Program-made: the position numbers and the translations under genes | Assembly (NCBI GenBank): GCA_964016885.1 | Contig: OZ024741.1 | Coordinates: forward strand, 275,342,001 to 275,406,000 | Length of the DNA stretch: 64,000 nucleotides | Origin: Eledone cirrhosa | Lineage: Eukaryota | Direction of reading: 5' to 3' | The notes under the pieces: model-generated | Told to the model about the DNA's origin: nothing | The model's database searches: none | Seen by the model: the letters and a program-made list of their open reading frames with translations, nothing else | Shown here: positions 57,091 through 64,000 of the stretch, piece after piece | Position numbering within the stretch: position 1 is the first letter of the stretch | How the letters are laid out: each line of letters opens with the position of its first letter

Positions 57091-58017
57091 TTCTGACCTG
57101 AAGTCTAACTGAATCCTTCTTTTCTTTATCTTTACTTACCTTCCCTATTTTTAAATGTATCTGTGTTATACCTAATACTTGTTTCTCTACAACTTACATG
57201 TTCAATTCTACTCGCCACTCACAAGGTATTGGACAACATTAGGCTATAGAAGACATTTGTCCAAGGTATTGTACAATGGGGTTAAACCTGACACCATATG
57301 GTTGCAAAGTTAACTTCTGAACCATGAAGCCAAGCCTTCAGTCATTGCTTGGCCTAGTAATTGATAAATACATACTTCAAGTCCTATCACTGTGTCTGGT
57401 TATCTTTCCTTTCCTAAACTGGTGTTTATAGTAACTAATCAGTTATAAAACATCTTATTCTTTTGCTGGTTTTAGTCATTAGACTGTCTGTGGCCATGCT
57501 GGGGCACTGCCCTAAAGGGATTTAGTCAATCATAATTGACCTCTGTACATATTTTGCCAAGTTTAGTACATATTTTATCAATCCCTTTGTGTCCATCTGT
57601 GCTAAATTAAGGGATTTGAACACAGACACAGCCAAACAGTTTATTTTAATACTGTGTGTTGTGCCTGTTATGTTTTTTTTTTGCAGAAGTTTTTCTAGCT
57701 AGATGCTCTTCCTATAACCAACTACTTTATAGCATGGATTGAGTGCATTTTATCATGCCACCATCACTAGAGGGGATATCTGTCATGACTTGAAGATCCT
57801 TTCTATCCTGCATCAGTTTTAATTCAGAATAACTGCTCTCTTAGATGGGTTGCCTTCTGTATGTCGTCCAGAGTCCTACGCATATATACAAGGGGCTTCT
57901 GCAGTTTATTTCCACCAAATTTTGTTTCCAAGGCATTGGTCAATTCAAAGCTATGATAGAAAATCCCCCCCCCCCCAACCCATCGAAATTTATAAAGAAA
58001 TAATTTTATGTAATTAC

Positions 58018-58170
58018 CACTTCATCTTGTTTCTCCTCGCCTAATACAAAATATCCTGAGAGCAGTTTACGAATTTTCACCGAAAACAAACGGTTATGAT
58101 ATAAGACTGTTAACGTATATGGTTGGTTTGGTTTGAAACTCCTGCTATCTCGAACCAGGAATGTCCCATC
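58018..58170 (-). CDS. SLP-76/BLNK-like adaptor, SH2 core exon
   Basis: 153 nt, phase 0/0; DGTFLVRDSRSFKPNQPYTLTVLYHNRLFSVKIRKLLSGYFVLGEEKQDEV has the FLVR phosphotyrosine motif and the QPYTL segment typical of BLNK/LCP2. Confidence 0.92.
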
Positions 58171-58692
58171 CTGTTGGGGTGAGAAAGTGTATAAAAAAAT
58201 GAAGAAAATATAAAATAAAAAAAAATAATGAAAATTATTGTGTACAGTGCTCGGGTGCACTTCAACTCATCAAAGGTGCATGTATAGTGCATAGAATAAT
58301 ATACAAATGTCAGGAAAGTGAACAGTGTATGAGTCATGATATACACATACACACATGCGTGCATGTGTATGGAGAGGGAATATCTGGTGTAGTGTTGGCA
58401 ACATTTTGGAACCATGGAAGTTTTGAAAGAGGTGGTGGTAGTAGTGGTAGTGGTGGTTATGAGTATAGGAGTGGTGGTTTTAAAATTGTAGTAGTGATAA
58501 TATTGATAACAATACTGATATTAGTGGAGGGTATTGTTAGTAGTGCTGGTGGTGGGAGTAGTGATAGCAATAATGATGGGAGTAGTGATAGCAATAATGA
58601 TGGGAGTAGTGATAGCAATAATGGTGGTAGTTGTGGTGGGAGTAGTGATAGCAGTAGTGGTAGTAATGGTGACAATACTTCAGCCAACTTAC

Positions 58693-58773
58693 CCGACCAA
58701 TTTTATGCAGCAGTCGTTCTTCGGTTGATTTGTCAATTGTTTTGAAATACCAAGGTTCATGGAGCCTCCACTT
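58693..58773 (-). CDS. SLP-76/BLNK-like adaptor, SH2 N-terminal exon
   Basis: 81 nt, phase 0/0, AG/GTAAGT; KWRLHEPWYFKTIDKSTEERLLHKIGR (PWY start of SH2). Confidence 0.88.
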
Positions 58774-59712
58774 CTGAATTAGAATTAGGCATCAGTTAAT
58801 AGGGAGATAAACGGACACATTTGACTCTGAACATCCTGTACCACGTAAAACCACATTACCAAGACATCAGTTAATAGGGTCACTAAGAGGCATACTTGAC
58901 CCTTAAGAATCAATAAGGGACACATTTGACTCTTAAGGGTTAATAAGAGACATATGACTCTTAACATCCTGTACCTCATTACCAAGACATTAGTTAATAG
59001 GTTCATTGACCCTTAACACCCTGTATCACATAAAACCACATTAGCTAGATAGACATCAGTTTAGGGACACATATACTTCATGATTAGGTTTTCAAACTGT
59101 GTCCTGGCACTTTAGTGTTTCACCATTGACGTGTGTGTCACAAAATTAGACTAAAGTGGTTGGTGATAGGAAGGGTAACCAGCCATAGACACCAAACAAA
59201 GGATCAGGTGGACTCTTCAGCTGTATCAAAGACTAAACAACCTCCTTAGTGCTGATATCATAATAACATGTACGCAGAGGAGTGAGGCATAGCCTGCTTG
59301 TAGGTCAGGCCCATGATAGGTTTTGTGACCAGGCAGGACGGATGGCTCTCATCACCTGATGAAAGGCTCTCATCACCCAATGAAGGGCTTTCATCACCCA
59401 CTGAAGGGCTCTCATCATCCAATGATCAAAAGGAACTAAAGAAGTTGTTTTATGAATCAGACTCAACATTGAGTCCTCTAATTGAATGTATGAGTTAATC
59501 TATAACAACTGTACAGAAGAAGGGGAGGAGGAAGAAAAAGAATGTGTCACAAAAAAAAATTGTGTCCTCAATGTGAAAAGCTTGGAAAGAGAAATAGGAC
59601 TCAATACAACTCTTTGTGGGGCTTCTGCTAGTGGTGGTGGTGGTATAGAGTAAGAAATGGCAAGATACACAAAGTTAGGTCAGCTGTAGTGTAGTCAACC
59701 TATCTCACCTAC

Positions 59713-59805
59713 CTGGACATCGATGACATCAGCATACACATCTGAATCATTGTTGATTATGTTGTTGTGGTTGTGACTGTGTTTTGGTGAGGACGGCTGC
59801 ACATC
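59713..59805 (-). CDS. SLP-76/BLNK-like adaptor, linker exon with acidic Tyr motif
   Basis: 93 nt, phase 0/0, tgtttacag/GTAGGT; DVQPSSPKHSHNHNNIINNDSDVYADVIDVQ. Confidence 0.75.
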
Positions 59806-60311
59806 CTGTAAACAACATAAGGAACAACTATGTTTGAAATAATACAGGATATTTCACAGATATTTTAACAAAAATAACTCAGTATATCATACTGATATTA
59901 TAATATCAATTACTAGGACTAAAATAACAAGATATCTCACAGATATCTTAACTAAATAATATAGGATATCTCAGATATTTTAACAAAATAACACAGTATA
60001 TCATACTGATATTATAATATCAGTTATTAGAACTAAAATAACATAAGATATCTCATAGATATTTTAACAAAATGACACAGTATATCATACTGATATAATA
60101 TCAATCACTAGAACTGATATGATACAAGAACTCAGATATTTCAACAAAATAATATAGGATATCTCAGATATTTTAACAAAAGAACACAGTATATCAAACA
60201 AAATAATACAGGATATCTCATTGATATTTTAACAAAATAATACAGGATATCTCACTGATATTTTGACCATGATATCAATAAATGAATCTGAAATAACATA
60301 GGATATCTCAC

Positions 60312-60356
60312 TGTTTCATTCTTAGCTCTGTGATTTGGTGATACTGACTGTATATC
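60312..60356 (-). CDS. SLP-76/BLNK-like adaptor, 45-nt exon
   Basis: tgtttacag/GTGAGA, phase 0/0; DIQSVSPNHRAKNET. Confidence 0.6.
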
Positions 60357-60792
60357 CTGTAAACAAGACAAGAAACAACTATATTTTAAACAATAAAAGA
60401 TATCTCACTGATATTTTAACAAAACAACATTGTATATTATGCTGGATATCATGATATCATTCCATGGATCTGAAAAAACACAGGATATCTCAATGATATT
60501 TTAACAAAACATTGTATATCATGTTGATATCTTCATATCAACCACCAGAACTGAAATAATACAGGATATCTCACTGATATTTTGACGACAAAAAAACAGT
60601 GTATCATATTGGTCTGTGCATGTGTGTGCTTCTGTATGTGTATATATTTGTTTGTGCGTGTGTGTATGTATATGTCTCTGTGCTTGCATGGATGTGTACA
60701 TGTCTGTGCATATATGAATGTGTATGTATATGTATATCTGTATGTAGTAGATGCCGATCAATGTAAAATATAAACAATAGATGTACACGTAC

Positions 60793-60890
60793 CATTAATT
60801 TTAGATTCTTCAATCGTTTCTCAAGTTCTTTGTAAAAATTCTGTTTAAATTCAACATTCAAAGAACCATCTGAGAACCTTCGGTTGTTTC
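60793..60890 (-). CDS. SLP-76/BLNK-like adaptor, upstream exon
   Basis: 98 nt, phase 1 to 0, tatttccag/GTACGT; NNRRFSDGSLNVEFKQNFYKELEKRLKNLKLM. Confidence 0.7.
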
Positions 60891-61023
60891 CTGGAAATAG
60901 AGAGGGATAGAGAGAGATAGAGAGGAATAGAGAGCGATAGAGAGGGATAAACTCACTGAAGATATTTCTCATATTTTCTTATTCTTTTATTCTGCTGTTG
61001 GAAATAGATAGAGATGGATGAAC

Positions 61024-61460
61024 TCATCATCATCATCACCATCATCATCATCACCACCGCCTTCATCATCATCATCAATATCATCATCAGTACTATCATT
61101 GTCATCATCATCACCATCATCACCACCAACAACAACATCAATGTCATCATCACCATCATCATCATCAGTACTATCATTGTCATCATCATCATCATCATCA
61201 ATGTCATCACCATCATCCTCATCAGTACTATCATCGTCATGATCATGATCGTCATCATCATCATCATCAATGTCATCATCACCATCATCATCATCAGTAC
61301 TATCATTGTCGTCATCATCATCATCATCAGTACTATCATCGTTGTCATCATCATCATCATCATCATCATCATCAACATCATCATCATCAATGTCATCATC
61401 ACCGCCATCATCATCAGTACTATCATTGTCATCATTATCACCATCATTGTCATCATCATC
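61024..61460. repeat. (CAT)n-derived trinucleotide repeat
   Basis: Directly visible; intronic in the SH2 gene model. Confidence 0.95.
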
Positions 61461-62261
61461 GAGGTGTTACATTGAGATTTTTATTGATTAGGTTCAGTTA
61501 TGAACATATCACAGATGGGTAGCTTATGTTCCATATCAGTATTATAGACTTGACTCCAGCTACAATCTGCTCATCAGACTAATCAAGCATAACCAGAATT
61601 TCATCTGAGGGAGGACGTCCCATCTCAGATTTGAGATTAACCCTTTAGCATTCACATTACTCTATATATACTATTGTATTTTGGTAGTAAACACTTTATC
61701 TTGCATAATTATCTCACATAATATCGAATCTATGAGATTTTGATGTTATTTATCTTGAGAACAATACCTTAACATCAGTATGAGTGGCCAGTTACAGTCG
61801 ATTTGAACAGAAAGAGGTGAGACATTTCTGGCCGGATGCGGCCGGTTTGAATGCTAAAGGGTTAAGAGTCTGATGAGCAGATTGGGGTTTAAGTTGTGTC
61901 TATAACACAAATATCGATCCTGAGCCACCCACCTGTGAAATATTCATAATTGAGCCTATTCAATAAAAACCTCAGTGTGAAACTTTGTTTTGTTCTTTGT
62001 AAAATATACACTCCGCTATAGCATAGAGTGCTAATATTGGTACATTCCTTAGTAAACCATAAATCTACAGGATCACCTAATATATATATATATATATCAT
62101 CATCATCATCATCATCGTTTAACGTCCATCTTCCATGCTAGCATGGGTTAGACAGTTTTGTTCCATTTGATGCGGGAATGGTCGGGAGACCTTGTCTCGC
62201 TCGCGTGGAAGTGTCTCTGGCAGGTTTTTTTACAGCTGGATACCCTTCCTGACACCAACCA

Positions 62262-62292
<31 letters not shown>

Positions 62293-62871
62293 GGAGCATG
62301 ACCGCTGGGTAAAGAAGTGCCAAGAAATCCTAGTAGAAGTAAGACGCAGTTGAGGAAGACCACGAAAAACATGGGCAGAGGTGGTGAGAGCAGACCACAG
62401 ATCGCTGAAGCTCACGGAGGAGATGACGAAGGGCTGTGACAAGAGGAGAGATGCTGTGCTGAATAGTAACTGTCCTACCCTTGCAAGCAGGGAAAAGCAG
62501 ACGTAAAATGATGATGATGATATATATATATAGTAATAATAAATGTGAAGACTAAAAGAGGGTTCGATAAGGATTATATATGTATATATATATATATAAA
62601 ATATATATATAAAAAACCAGTAGAGAAAATATTTATTATAAGTACAAATTAAAGTTTAAGCAAAGAATCTGCTTTCACCTGTTTATGGGATCTTCGGAAA
62701 CTAATGCTAGTAGTAGTAGTACAAGTAGTACAAGGGTAAGAGCACTCAGTTCATAGGACCGAGTTAAGTATAATTAGTTACAACAGTGACATGTGGACTG
62801 AGTGCTCTCCCCTTGGATATTTCTTATAAAACTACAGTATATATATATACTACAGTATATATATATATATA

Positions 62872-63492
62872 TATAATACAAGGACGAATGGTTACTCCTT
62901 CATTACGTTTATTGGTTGGTGATGCACGTTTCACTACTGATCAGCTCAAAGTTCGATCTGTATCGATCTAGCCTGACTCTGGAATCAAAAGATCGTCAGA
63001 CCTCTGTAGTAGTCATAACAGAATGATGATGAAGGTATATTTATTCTGTTATCACTACCACAGAGGTCCAACTAGCTTTTAATCCCAGAGTCAGGCTAGA
63101 TCGATACAGATCGAACCTTGAGCTGATCAGTAGTGAAACGCGCGTCACCAACCAATAAACGTAATGAAGGAGTAACCATTCGTCATTGTATTATTATATT
63201 ACACTCGGGCGGTGGTTTGGCAGTATCGGTAGAGGATCATACGCCATGCTTTCCAGCATAGTTACGTCCCTTTACGATCTGAGTTCAAATCCCACCGAGG
63301 TTGACTTTGCCTTTCATCCTTACGGGGTCGATAAAATAAAGTACCAGTAATGCACTGGGTAATTGCTGGCCTTGTGCCTAAAGTAGAAACAATTATTATA
63401 TTACACTCTGTCTAGCTCTACACCTCGATACTGATGTGAATCGAAACATCGAGTACTCACCCGGGTGAACCTACAGTAACTTGGGTTACACT

Positions 63493-63497
<5 letters not shown>
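62872..63497. mobile_element. Hammerhead-bearing fold-back element with a SINE inserted in its tail
   Basis: Arms ~62872-63024 / ~63043-63194. SINE 63207-63391 is flanked by a 17-bp duplication attattatattacactc (63190-63206, 63392-63408). Tail has GAGTACTC at 63451, then (TA)n. Confidence 0.75.
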
Positions 63498-63568
<71 letters not shown>

Positions 63569-63620
63569 ATACATTTATATATACAACTCTAAAAGCCAAC
63601 AAAATATAGTAAGTACTCAC

Positions 63621-63794
63621 TCTTCTTTGGAGGTTGGCCTTCCTGTAAAGTTTTGGATGGATAATTTACTGTGTTGTCACCAAAAATGACCTTCTTAAGA
63701 CAGCGGCGGGCATTGGTTAAATCACTTTCACAGACTCTTGGCATTATTGGATTTGGGTAGGAGATCCCGTAGACTTTCTTGGTGTACGACTCAA
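63621..63794 (-). CDS. Most upstream supported exon of the SH2 adaptor gene
   Basis: 174 nt, ctactttctag/GTGAGT; open frame ESYTKKVYGISYPNPIMPRVCESDLTNARRCLKKVIFGDNTVNYPSKTLQEGQPPKK ends in phase 1, matching the 60890 acceptor. Confidence 0.65.
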
Positions 63795-64000
63795 CTAGAA
63801 AGTAGTTAAAGGAGAAATTTCTTGTTTATATATATATAATGTTAAAAGAGATAGAAGGTTAAATAATGCAAAATGGACTGTTAGATGAGGTTACAAAAAG
63901 TAAAGGTTACCTGGTAATCTTTGTTTTGTTTCGTTATTGTTGTTGTTCTTCTTCTTTTATCTGTCCAATATTTTGGGACCTAAAACTCCCTTCATCAGGG

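Noticed and set aside
59313-59498. 61-aa plus-strand ORF with LSSP repeats
   Set aside because: Driven by a 21-bp tandem repeat antisense within an intron; no splice or homology support.
60953-61491. Poly-Met / poly-Ile / poly-Ser ORFs
   Set aside because: Frames of a (CAT)n repeat inside an intron.

Overview
AT-rich, microsatellite- and transposon-dense animal genomic DNA. The repeat landscape (tRNA-derived SINEs, RTE LINE tails, long (TA)n tracts) suggests an octopus or other cephalopod; this is inference. Three host genes can be read by hand. (1) The last exon of a single-pass membrane protein (174-517, +). (2) A complete three-exon mitochondrial GrpE nucleotide-exchange factor (35916-47858, +, about 240 aa). 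(3) A convergent SLP-76/BLNK-type adaptor with a C-terminal SH2 domain (seven phase-compatible exons, 63794-55633, -). The rest is SINEs, RTE/CR1/CRE LINE fragments, mariner/maT and Helitron relics, TTAA MITEs, minisatellites and one degraded Neptune-type Penelope-like element (RT + GIY-YIG). The main unexplained signal is a set of short, mutually dissimilar, non-coding cassettes in or beside (TA)n tracts. Most carry a type-I hammerhead ribozyme fold with a palindromic stem III, many have a shared GAGYRCTC motif near the 3' end, and many are folded back into inverted duplications that turn right next to the ribozyme core. All folds and splice models were derived by eye and need computational and experimental confirmation.
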